A stretch of DNA of 64,000 nucleotides. Source: Octopus bimaculoides. Lineage: Eukaryota. Both the position numbers and the translations under genes were made by a program. The notes beneath the pieces are model-generated. The model was not told the DNA's origin. It did not search any database and saw only the letters and a list, made by a program, of their open reading frames with translations. The DNA lies in NCBI RefSeq assembly GCF_001194135.2, contig NC_068981.1, forward strand, positions 88,614,174 to 88,678,173. The letters are read 5' to 3'. Shown here piece after piece: positions 13,365 to 24,136 of this stretch (its first letter is position 1; every line of letters begins with the position of its first letter).

Positions 13365-14545
13365 ATAATGATAATAATCCTTTCTACCGAAGGCACAAGG
13401 CCTGAAATTTTGGGAGAGGAGACTAGTAGATTAAATCGACATCAGTGTTTCACTGCTACTTATTTTATCGACCGCAGAAGGATGTAAGGCAAGTTAACCT
13501 GAACTCCGGACGTAAAGCCAGAAGAAGTGCCAATAAATATGCTAACGGTTCTGCCAGCTCTCTGCCTCAATAATAATGATAATAAGAACAATAATAATGG
13601 TTTCAAATTTTTGGTACATGGTCAGCAATTCCAGTGGAGGTGGGTAGTTCGATTACATCGACCCCAGCATTCAACTGGTACTTAATTAATTGACCTCGAA
13701 AGGATGAAAGACAAAGTCGACCTCGGCGGAATTTGAACTCTGAACGTAAAGACCAACGAAATGCTGCTAAATAGTTTGTCCGGCGTGCTAACGATTCTGC
13801 CAGCTCGCCGCCTTAACAACAGGGGGCGTGTCGATTTTATCGTTCCCAGTGCTTAACTGGTACTTATTTTATTGACTTCGAAAGAATGAAAGGCAAAGTC
13901 GACCTTGGTGGAATTTAAACTCAGAACGCAGCGACGCACGAAATGTTAAGCATTTTGTTGTCGTGCTAACGATTCTACCAGCACGTCGCCTTAACAACCA
14001 CAATAATAATGGTAATCTATATAATGATAATAATTGTAATTTCAAGAAAACGAAACATTAGGACCTAGATGGATTCGAAGGATTCTGAGTTGTCTTTCAT
14101 AATGGTTTCTAATTTTGACACGAGGTCAGAAACTTCTTGGGTAGGATTTGTCGATTGTATTGACCCCAGTGCTTAACTGGTACTTATTTCATCGACCCCG
14201 AAAGGATGAAAAGCAAAGTCGACCTCGGCGGAATTTAAACTCAGAACGTAAAGATGGACGAAATGCCGCTAAGTACTATTTCGGGCGTGTTAACGTTTCT
14301 GCCAGCTCACCATCCTATAGGGCTATCTTTCATATTAATTTCAAATTTTGGCATAAGCCCAATAGTTTTTTAGTGGGAGGGTATAAGTCAATTACATCGA
14401 CCCCCGGTGCACAACTGGTACTTACTTTGTCGCCACCGAAAAGATGAAGGCTAAAGTCAACCTCGGCGGAATTTGAACTCAGGACGCGCAGACGGGCGAA
14501 TGCTGCTAAGCATTTTTGCCCGGCGAGCTAACGATTCTGCCATGA
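13365..14545 (-). mobile_element. Array of five head-to-tail SINE family A copies
   Basis: Five repeats of the family A body, most preceded on the + strand by AATAATAAT tails. Confidence 0.9.
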
Positions 14546-14574
14546 TATTGTCATTCATATTAAAATAAACTTTC

Positions 14575-15480
14575 TGAAGGTGAGTCAAGTTGACATGTGG
14601 TCAAGAATCAACGGTCGAAATTGAGATTAAAGGAGGTATTTTCCAAGGAGATTCATTATCTTCATTTGTGTTTATTATTTCTTTCATTTTCTGCCACACA
14701 TACATCAGAAAACTGTTAGCCAAAATATTACTTAGCCAAAAGTAACGTTGGAATCAATCATCTAGTGTGCATTGATGCAAAAAAGATAAAGTCTGAAAGA
14801 ATTACCGTTAGAGACAACAAAGTAATATGATCAGTGATGAACGAAGAAATCTATGCATGACTGGCCTGGCTGTACTGCAGAATGATGGTGCGAAGCAGAA
14901 AGAAATGAAAGACAAATCTGGAGATGAATACAAAAGAAAGACCAGGAAAATCCAAGATATAAAACTAAATGGAAGGAACATCATTAAAGGATCAATAATA
15001 GTATTGAAATCTTTTATTGCCTTTCATGAATAGACGAAATATGAACTGGATCAAATGAAAAGACGCACCAGAAAGCCGTTAACAATGCACAGTGAGTTAC
15101 TCCCACAGTGAATGTTAGTAAACTGTGTATATTTATAAAACGAGGCGGGGGCAGCTGATTATCCAATGTAACAGTAAGAACATTTGGCAATTATAGGATT
15201 ATGCATATATGTTAGCAAAAATGAGAAGCTTATATGTGCAGCGAGAAAGATGATTAGTGAAAACGTAGAAGAAAAATAATATTACAAACAAAACTATGTA
15301 GCAGCAAGATGGAAAGCTAGTAGAATGTGTATTGTTTACTAGGCAAGCAACATATATGATTAAGAGATGAACAATAGGCATGGTTATTTGTTGATAAGAA
15401 TAAAGCCCATTAAAGTAAAATCTGACACAGCAGCCAGCAAAGTACTAGATGTGGCAGAGTAAGAAAACATCAATAATATA
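14575..15480 (+). mobile_element. R4/Dong-clade LINE fragment (RT domain and downstream), decayed
   Basis: EIKGGIFQGDSLS RT motif at about 14625-14660; KLNGRNIIKG; RTRKPLTMH; remnant of the KRxxGGRGL motif. Confidence 0.8.
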
Positions 15481-15984
15481 GTATCTTCAGAAAGATAGAA
15501 ATAAATAAGTGAATAAAATAAAAACTAAACCTGGTAGGAAAAGGAACCATTGGACGGTTAGCTGGAAGTTTAAAGAAAAATTAAAAGGAAAATTGGTACC
15601 ATCAATGACCAAGAGTTGTAATATTATTGTAAGATGGTTTAGCTTTTCTCTGTGCAACTTAATTACGTAATAAAGAAACAAACCAACTACGATTATAACA
15701 GAGAAACAAACAAGGTATGGGTAATATCGAATTTACTATAATATATATTATGAGAAAGCGTTAGGGAGAAAAGTATCTGGAATTGACATGAAAACTCATA
15801 AAGCTTTGAAACATACAAATATAGTTATACTTCTTGTCATAGAAGCTCTGGAAACAACGCTAAAATTAGATTTTAAATAAGTCTTAGTCAACTATTTTTA
15901 TAAAAAAAAGACTCAATATGGTTGAGTTTCAGTTCTAAGTTCTTCATCTCCCAGGAAACATGCCTTCATTAAATATCAAGACAT

Positions 15985-16393
15985 GAAACAGCAACAGCCA
16001 CCGTTTTCATCCCTGCAAAAATGATAGGCAAAGTCCACTTCAGTGAAATTTAAACTCAGGACATAAGACCGGAAAATGCTGCTAAGCATTTTGTCAGGCA
16101 TACTAACGATTCTGTCTGTTCGGCGCGCTAGCAATAATAATGATAACCTTTCTACTATAGGCACGAAACCTGACATTTTGGGGAAGGGAACATAGGCCAA
16201 TTACATTTACTTCAGTACTCAACTGGTACTTACTTTATCGACCCTGAAAAGATGAAAGGTAGAGACGACCTCGACAGAATATGAACTGAGAACGTAAAAA
16301 CGGTCGAAACGCCGGTAAGCATTTTGTCCGGTGTACTAACGATTCTGGCAGCTCGCTGAGCTAATAATAATAATAATAATAATAGTAGTAGTA

Positions 16394-16440
<47 letters not shown>

Positions 16441-16565
16441 CCTTTCTACTAAAGGCACATTTTACTAATTTGTGGGTAGGGAGACTAGTCGATTACATCA
16501 ACCCCTGTGTCCACTGGTATTTAATTTATCGACCCCGAAAGGATGAAAGGCAAAGTTGACCTCGG

Positions 16566-16567
<2 letters not shown>
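15985..16567 (-). mobile_element. Three SINE family A copies interleaved with (AAT)n
   Basis: Family A bodies at about 15990, 16140 and 16440; (AAT)n at 16360-16440 and 16567-16617. Confidence 0.85.
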
Positions 16568-16617
<50 letters not shown>

Positions 16618-17165
16618 TTCATCAACAGTGAAAGAAGACCTGCAATAGTATGCTGCTAATGCAGGAAGATTTACCAAAAATGGACTAAAGAGTGCTCATG
16701 AATTCTGAACAAGAACAGCCAAGGTGAGAGAAGAAACCCTACTCCGTATGGAATTACAGGGTCAGTTCCACCATGAAACCAACAAATGAAAAGACCAGGA
16801 AGCATCATGGAGGTGGCTCAACAAGGGTGACCTAAAAAGAATAATATTGAAAGCCTAATCATTGCGGCCCAGGACCGGACATTGAACACCAACTCAAGGA
16901 AAAAGAATATATACCACACAAGTGCATCAGACCTCTGCAGAATGTGTGGCAACAGGGTCAGAAGTGTGACTCACATTGTTAGTGCTTGTGAAAGTCTTTC
17001 ACAGAAGGAGTACAAGCGTAGAGACGACAGAGTAACCCCAAACCTCCACTGGCTACTATGCCGTAAGTATGGATATGAGGTTACGGGTGCTTGGTACCAA
17101 CATACAGCGTATTAGGTAATGGACGAAAGGGGGAAGGCAAAAATCCTCTATCTGAGGCCCTTGTT
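16618..17165 (+). mobile_element. R4/Dong-clade LINE fragment (CCHC zinc knuckle region)
   Basis: WRWLNKGDLK; IIAAQDRTLNTN; CRMC..HIVSAC..LSQKEYKRRDD; LHWLLCRKYG..WYQH. Confidence 0.9.
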
Positions 17166-17249
17166 GTGACTTGACAAACAGTACAAACCTCCAGTAGATA
17201 CAATATTTTCAATCAACAAACTCATAGCATTGTATAGTGTGCGACGTCT

Positions 17250-17291
17250 ATAATAATAATAATAATGATGATAATAATAATAATAATAATG

Positions 17292-17350
<59 letters not shown>
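17250..17350. repeat. (TAA)n microsatellite
   Basis: Direct reading. Confidence 0.98.
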
Positions 17351-17351
17351 C

Positions 17352-17850
17352 TGATACAAACAGAGAGCTAGTATTAAATGACGATAGTGGGGATAAGAAA
17401 ATAAGTAGAAACAAACAAAAAGATTAATAAATAAAGACGTACAAATATATATATGTATAAAAAAACAAAGTACAAACAGGTAGGCAACTGCACTGAAGTA
17501 AACAGATTTAGATATAAAAAAATCATCAGAAAAGGATAAAAAAAAGATCGAAAAACAAACTCAAAGCAGTATTGATATAATAATGAGAAAACAGATTGAA
17601 AAAAACCTCCATAGCCAATATATCTCATAAAACTCGACAAAGAGTAAGTAAACCGGAATTAAAATGAACAATAGATCGAAATATCAGTAATGAAAACAAA
17701 AGCAGAAGGCTTGGTTTTTGATACACAGAAGGAATTGCTCATACACAAATATATATAGTAACACAATAATAGAATAAACAATGCTCACCAGTGTAAACTA
17801 TGCCATTAAGACATTTTTGTAACTGACCAATTTGTGGATGTCTTATCTTT
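17352..17850 (+). mobile_element. Older R4/Dong-clade LINE fragment
   Basis: LHSQY and MKTKAEGLVFDTQKELL (cf. LKAESEG..QDQSLL at 21800); heavily mutated. Confidence 0.55.
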
Positions 17851-17855
17851 GCCGA

Positions 17856-18125
17856 GTGGAGGCGCGTGGCTTTGTGGTTAGGGTATTCGGTTCATGATCG
17901 TAAGGTTGTGTGTTCGATTCCCGATTACGTGTTGTGTCTTTGAGCAAGACTCTATTTCTCGTTGCTCCAGTCCATTCAGCTGGCATAAATGAGTTGTATC
18001 TTTGTCATATTTTTTTGTTACGCTGAATCTCCCCGAGAACTACCTTAATGTTAGGTATGTCTGTGGAGTGCTGGCTGTTCCGTTGATAGAATCAGCTGGA
18101 ATACTCGTCCTCACCGACGGAGAGG
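17856..18125 (+). mobile_element. SINE with family C head and centre plus the family E 3' domain
   Basis: A/B boxes, then GTGTCTTTGAGCAAGAC, then CGCTGAATCTCCCCGAGAACTAC..GTCTGTGGAGTGCT..GCTGTTCCGTTGAT as in 35948-36331. Confidence 0.8.
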
Positions 18126-18167
18126 CAGGTAAACCTTGATGAGTCCTAGTCTGGCCAGAAACTCGAT

Positions 18168-18378
18168 AAAGGCGGTGAGCTGGCAGAAATGTTATCGCGC
18201 CGGGCGAAATGCTTAGCGGTTCAAATTCCGCCGAGGTTGACTTTGCCTTTCATCCATTCGGGGTCAATAAATTAAGTACCAGTTACGCACTGAAGTCGAT
18301 GTTATCAACTTAATCACTTTGTCTATCCTTGTTTGTCCCCTCTATGTTTAGCCCCTTGTGGGCAATAAAGAAATAAGA
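18168..18378 (+). mobile_element. SINE family A, near full length
   Basis: GGCGGTGAGCTGGCAGAAA head to CCCCTTGTGGGCAATAAAGAAATA end. Confidence 0.9.
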
Positions 18379-19446
18379 AACTCGATTAAGTCGACGTTTA
18401 TGTTCACTGGGTAACATATCGACACCTCAAATTGAAACGGGTAAGAAATAGTGTAAATATGTACGGAAAACGGTACGTGACAACCACAGCCATCTTGGGA
18501 ATTTTGTCACATTCATTGCCACATAGGTTCATCATATAATTGTTCAGACTGATTTCGTTGCATCACGTTATGTGTTTCTTAGAGGGAAGTCCTTCCTCTT
18601 CCATGTCTGCGTGGTTTTGAATTGTCATGGATATTTCTGTAACTTTGCTTTTTTCTTGGAAGAAGTGTTGGCTCTACGCAAACTAATTTTTACCTCTCGG
18701 AAGAGGTGATACTTATTAGTCTGGCTTCCGTCATTTAACCTGTCCAGCATGGGAAGGTCTACCACGAGGTTGCGCTCTGCTGGAAACACTCCCAGGATCA
18801 CTGAAGCATACAAACCACAATACCACCACAAAGACTGGACCTTATGGTGAATTTCTCTTCCAGATGAAACGCAATTGTTTAAAAAACAGATGGGTATATT
18901 GGATAATGAAAGGCTGGATTCCTGGATATATTACGGCAAAGGAAACCCGGGACGGTTACAATTATAACACTTGTCCAACGATTCGTGTGTGTTACTCTGA
19001 TGTCTCACGAGTCGCAAAATATTCAGTGGTCGAAGTTTATACAGCGAGGAAGAGATGTATACAATGTAAACACAGCAGAAGAAACCACAATAGCGTTATT
19101 GAGATTCAAACAATGTCGAATATCTAGACTACATACGAAATGGTGAAACCATTCAGCTCTTACTTTCCAGCTCGGAATCTTACAAAGTGAAGTTTAGCAC
19201 TTCCAGCTCATACATCAATCTTTGTAACTAACTCGATAAAGGCTGTCAGCTTTTCTGGAGAATATCAGAAGGAAATGGTCACATTAGTCCCGGCGGCTTC
19301 CATTTCTCTACCCGATTTCTTTTGAACAATAACCACATTAACCACAACAATCAAAACAACTAGAACTCTGAACTCATTCCTGTCTCATTAATAACACCAG
19401 ACACTCCATAGCTCAACTGTGATAATTGAATCACAAGAAATTATGC

Positions 19447-19463
19447 TGGAGCTGCTGCTGCTG

Positions 19464-19511
<48 letters not shown>

Positions 19512-19540
19512 TTGCTGCTGCTGCTACCGCTGCTGCTGGA
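19447..19540. repeat. (CTG)n/(CTA)n compound trinucleotide repeat
   Basis: Direct reading. Confidence 0.95.
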
Positions 19541-19748
19541 GTCGATACATTTATCTGCTACTACTTGCTGTAGCTACTACGCACCACTCTGTACAGCTAT
19601 AGGATCTCGGTTCATTAGTTGTGTTATGCTACGATAATTTAGTTTGAATATTCGCTTAGATGAGAAAATGCAATGAAAAGTCTAAAGGCTGCTTAGTGGG
19701 TAGCTGATTGCACTATGCAAATTCTCATTCCATTTTGAAACATTTATT

Positions 19749-19749
<1 letters not shown>

Positions 19750-19837
<88 letters not shown>

Positions 19838-19845
19838 GCACACAC
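19750..19845. repeat. (CA)n microsatellite
   Basis: Direct reading. Confidence 0.98.
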
Positions 19846-20919
19846 TTATATGCACATGTAGCACACGTAGAAACACATTAAAGAACATAAGTGAATACGC
19901 TTTTCCCTTCCTTCTCTCTCTCTCTTTCTCTCATTACCTCTCTCACTCTCTCTCTCTCTAAGTAAAGGGATGGTAACCGGAATGAGTAGTTGCTTCATAC
20001 GTACATATGAATAATCAGTTATTATACCAGGTTGAGGTGTTCATGACGTTTCTCAATGCTGCTAACCACATGAAGAATATTTTGAACACCGAGTTTTAGC
20101 CTAAATGAACGTAGTGGCAATCATATTATCTAAACCTACAAATTGATAATTCAGAATGAACCTTCCTCACAGTCAAGCATTTCTGAAAGGCTTTAAAGTG
20201 AACTAAATCACTTCAACAAAGAAGGAATCAATACCAGGACGCAACTCGCTTCATTAGGTGTTCATCACTAATTAATGTTTTCCAATTTACAAGGATCCAA
20301 AAGGTTGATGTTCGACGCTAGTTTATGTAACCTTAAGTAGAGGAGGACTACATGTCTTTCTAGGAGAGAAGATGTCGGCCTACAGAAGATAGCTTTACCA
20401 GTGGGTGGATGCTGAATTGAATTCAGTACTACAAGCCAACAAGACAATTCATACATGTTATAGATGCTTATATGCTCAGTAGTGTGTATGAGCGACTAAG
20501 TTCTCGGGAGTTCTGTATGATAAATTGAATGATTTATTTTGGATCAATATGAACATATGGATTATCAATAACTTAAAATCCTTATCCTGAGAGCGCCATC
20601 AAAGGCGAGAAAATTAAGTACAAATCCGGACTAGAATAAAATGTACAGGCATTGACCGGTTTGAAATGTAATCTGAACGCTCGAGTGTTGCTGGTCTGTA
20701 GAGTTACTCCGAACTGCTGTTGTTGTGTGTGATGAATCTGGCCATAAGTCGGATTCACTTTCAAGACTACCTAGCTGTCTATCTCTTATAGTTAAGGTAA
20801 GCAGCTTTCCTATCTTCACTGTCTATGGCGAAAAAGGTAGAATTGCGGACAATATTGAAAGGAATGGGACGACTTACCCACTCACTCGAAATTGCTGGCC
20901 TTGAGCCAAAATTTGAAAC

Positions 20920-20920
<1 letters not shown>

Positions 20921-20983
<63 letters not shown>

Positions 20984-20985
20984 TT
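20921..20985. repeat. (ATT)n tail of a SINE A 3' fragment (20860-20920)
   Basis: GGCCTTGAGCCAAAATTTGAAACC followed by ATT repeats. Confidence 0.9.
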
Positions 20986-21346
20986 CATTAGCATCTTTTT
21001 TCAATTCTGTTTCCATTTCTTGCAGAAATGTTTTTTTCTGTTTTATCAGTGTTTTCCTGATACCTAGGGCAGAGAAACGTACTGTATACATTGGTAGGCC
21101 ATTAAAACAAACACACGGAATCATGTGATAGAGAAAAAGGGGAAGACAGAGAGAAAAAGGAAAAAAAAAAACAAAGAAAATAAAGGGGAAAAAAAGGAAA
21201 GAAAATTCACAGCGACAATACTCTTCTCAATACGTGTGACGTACCAGTTAAGACAAACTTTTGCACTTCCTGCATGGATGGTAAGCCAGGGATCATTCTT
21301 AAATAATTTTCAGTTCCCTTTTCGATCATTACAAGTGTTCCTATAA

Positions 21347-22420
21347 TCACTGGTATTGTGACCGTCTTGGGATTTCGATTCGTAAATCTTTATATTTTCT
21401 GAGCTTATCAAATTCTATTGCCGAAATTTTATGGTCACAGGTTATGCTCATGTCAGTCAATAAACAAAGTTTATTGCTTTTGTCTTTCATAACAATATCT
21501 GGTTTATGTGCTTTGATGATCCGGTTTGTACATACTGGGAAGTTCCAAAGAATAGTTACATTTTCTTCCTCAGTTATAGCCCCAGGGTAGTGCTTGTACC
21601 ATTTGTCAGCAGTTTTGATTTTATAATACTGACACATTATCTAATGTAGATATTGGCCAACTCTGTCATGTTTTGATTTGTACTCTACAAGTGCAAAAAC
21701 CTTACATCCAGAGATTAGGTAGTCGACTGTTTCTATTCCATCGTTGCAATATCGGCACTTTGGGTCTACACCATTTTTCATCACGTTGGCTTGATAGTTC
21801 CGGGTCAATAAGCTCTGGTCTTGGGTACCTAAGGTAAAGCCTTCACTCTCTGCCTTTAGCCCTGAGCTCCGTAGCCACTGATAGGTGTGCTTCTGGTCTA
21901 CATCAGCTTGTTTTGCTACGTATTCGCTATGCAGAGGTTTTTGTTCCCACCTATCAGCCAATTGTTCAAGCATTTTGCTTTGCTTTTAATTTAACCTTCT
22001 TTGCAACTACAATTGGTGGTTTTGTAGGAGATTTCAAATTAGATTAAGCCTCGACCTCTTTGAGCTCTGGGTGGGTAAAGACAATCTGCGTCTGCCTTTG
22101 GGTGGTACATCTCATCGCAAGTCAACAGCTTACGGATTTTTCTGTCAATCTTCCTTATTTCGCTGATATTCCAGTTCAACACATTGAAACTGTAAATAAC
22201 GACCGGAACTGCTAAGGAATTTCTAGCTAACACTTTGTTACGTGTATTTAACACGGATTTTAGGACTGCTCAAACTCTCCTGTGACACTCCTTCCTGATC
22301 TTCTCTTTCATACTTGCATGGTTAATGCCAGAGCCTTAATTTAATCCGAGGTATTTGTAAGTTTGTTCCTGCTCGAGTTCTTTTATGACTGTGTCAACAT
22401 CCAACACCACTGAATGTGAG
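21347..22420 (-). mobile_element. R4/Dong-clade LINE, 5'-truncated, with zinc knuckle and restriction-like endonuclease
   Basis: Track ORFs 22039-22254, 21641-21973 and 21347-21637: YKYLG, WLRSSGLKAESEG, CRYC..VDYLISGC, ILWNF, HKPDIV..D..EFDKLRKYKDL (PD..D/ExK REL motifs). Confidence 0.93.
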
Positions 22421-22421
22421 G

Positions 22422-22528
22422 CCTTCTTCTTCTTCTTCTTCTTCTTCTTCTTCTTCTTCTTCTTCTTCTTCTTCTTCTTCTTCTTCTTCTTCTTCTTCTT
22501 CTTCTTCTTCTTCTTCTTCTTCTTCTTC
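22422..22528. repeat. (CTT)n microsatellite
   Basis: Direct reading. Confidence 0.98.
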
Positions 22529-22536
22529 GTATTATT

Positions 22537-22903
22537 ATTACCTCCGCCTTCGCTAAGGCGGAGGTATTGTTTCAGTCGCGTTTGTTTGTTTGTCCGTGGG
22601 CAAGATATCTCAAGAACCGGCGGATGGATTTGGATGAAATTTTCAGGGATGTTTGGTCTTGTGCCTGACACGAACTAATTAGATTTCGGGATCGATCTGG
22701 TACCGGACAAGAATTCTGGATTATTTTTTCTGTTTTTTTTTTTACTTAATTTTTGAGACCGGTCGGGTTCATTTTTAGCATTCTCGTTTGTGAGAGCAGT
22801 CGAGTTTCAGATATTCTCATTTAAAAAATCTCTCTCTGGCTAAATGTTGAGAGAACGTTGGTGTTGCTTTAGCGGAAGTTTGCGCTCTCTGATTGTACTT
22901 GTT
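22537..22903 (+). mobile_element. Non-autonomous Helentron-type element (HINE/DINE-1-like)
   Basis: 5' perfect 12-bp hairpin TACCTCCGCCTT-cgct-AAGGCGGAGGTA, then a (GTTT)n tract, then a 3' degenerate subterminal copy TAGCGGAAGTT followed by GCGCTCTCTGA..CTTGTT; inserted within a TTA run. Confidence 0.75.
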
Positions 22904-22904
22904 A

Positions 22905-23510
22905 TTATTATTATTATTATTATTCATATACACTCAATAGATTAGACTGTTGGAAAAGAAAAGAATCATAACATCGGGATACAACAAGTAGCCTTAGACG
23001 CTAAGAACCCTCCTACTGGGTAGTAACCTTAGATACCAAGGACCCTCCTAAGTATCCTAAGCGTCCCTAATAACATTGTTTTCTGGAGTTGTACTAAACT
23101 GGGTTTTATGCCTATTTCCTCTATCCATCTGTTCAGATCTTTAGGGATCTACATCAGCTTGTTTTGTTACATATTTGCTATGCAGAGGTTTTTGTTGCCA
23201 CCTATCAGGCGCATTTTTCTTTGCTATTGATTTCACCTTCTTTGCAACTACAGTTGCTGCATTGTTTTCTGGAGTTGTACTAAACTGGGTTTTATGCCTA
23301 TTTCATCTATCCATCTGTTCAGATCTTTAGGGATAGTTCCCAATGCACCTATAACTATTGGGATACATTTTACCTGTACTTACCGCAGTATCTGTAATTC
23401 AATAGCTAAATCCTGGCACTTTGCTATTTTTTTCTATTCCTCTCAGATTTGGGACTGTAAAGTCAATTATCTGGCATTTCTATTCTCTTTATCTATTATT
23501 ATTATTAGTA
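22905..23510 (-). mobile_element. R4/Dong-clade LINE 3' end with (TAA)n tail
   Basis: Reverse complement encodes IIDFTVP..EKIAKCQDLAIEL..CIPIVIGALGTIPKDL..LQKTMLLGTLRILRRVL, then a 3' UTR and AATAATAAT. Confidence 0.9.
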
Positions 23511-24009
23511 GAAGAAGATGAAGAAGAAGAAGAAGCAGTGAAACAGAAGGAAGGGGTAGACCTGGATTTTCCGTTGTTACACTTTTGGTAGCAACAGCCA
23601 CTTGAGATGTTTTTGAGCAAAAGAGTTGGAAAAATGTATAAATGTCTAGTAGGGTCCGCAAGCTGCTGATTCAGTCATACTATTAGTTATACCACCGCTC
23701 ACATATCTGACAGTGAGCCAGGAATCAGTATCGATTTTGGTTCCAGATGCGAACAGTATCGAGGCATCTTCTCGAACAGAAATAGCAAAGGAAATCGTCT
23801 CATGTCCTGAAACGGGCATCAGGTGACTTCCTTTGATAGGTAGGCAACATGATTCTCTCCTGTAATTAACAGCAATAACACTATTCCCTCGTTTTGTGAT
23901 GACAACAGAAAAAAATCTGTCGGAGAAAACGCGAAGAGAAAAAAAAAGAGAAAAAGCCTTCAAATTTTAAGAGAGTACAGTCGATTGTACTGACTGCTAT
24001 ACCATACTA

Positions 24010-24136
24010 CAGGGTGTCCACAAAGTCTGGGTACATGGAGTAAATAAAATCATGACATAAACAATTAAATATAAGAAATAATAATTTCTTAAAGTATGTG
24101 TTAATCCCCATGTACCCAGACTTTGTGGACACCCTG
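24010..24136. mobile_element. Tc1/mariner-type MITE
   Basis: Perfect TIRs CAGGGTGTCCACAAAGTCTGGGTACATGG / CCATGTACCCAGACTTTGTGGACACCCTG flanked by TA. Confidence 0.92.

Noticed and set aside
6435-16567. Repeated motifs resembling a CRISPR array
   Set aside because: Eukaryotic SINE bodies of variable length; no repeat-spacer regularity and no cas genes.
18864-18893. 30-nt plus-strand phase-1 exon or pogo-like DETxLF motif (DETQLFKKQM)
   Set aside because: Too short to distinguish exon, transposase relic or chance.
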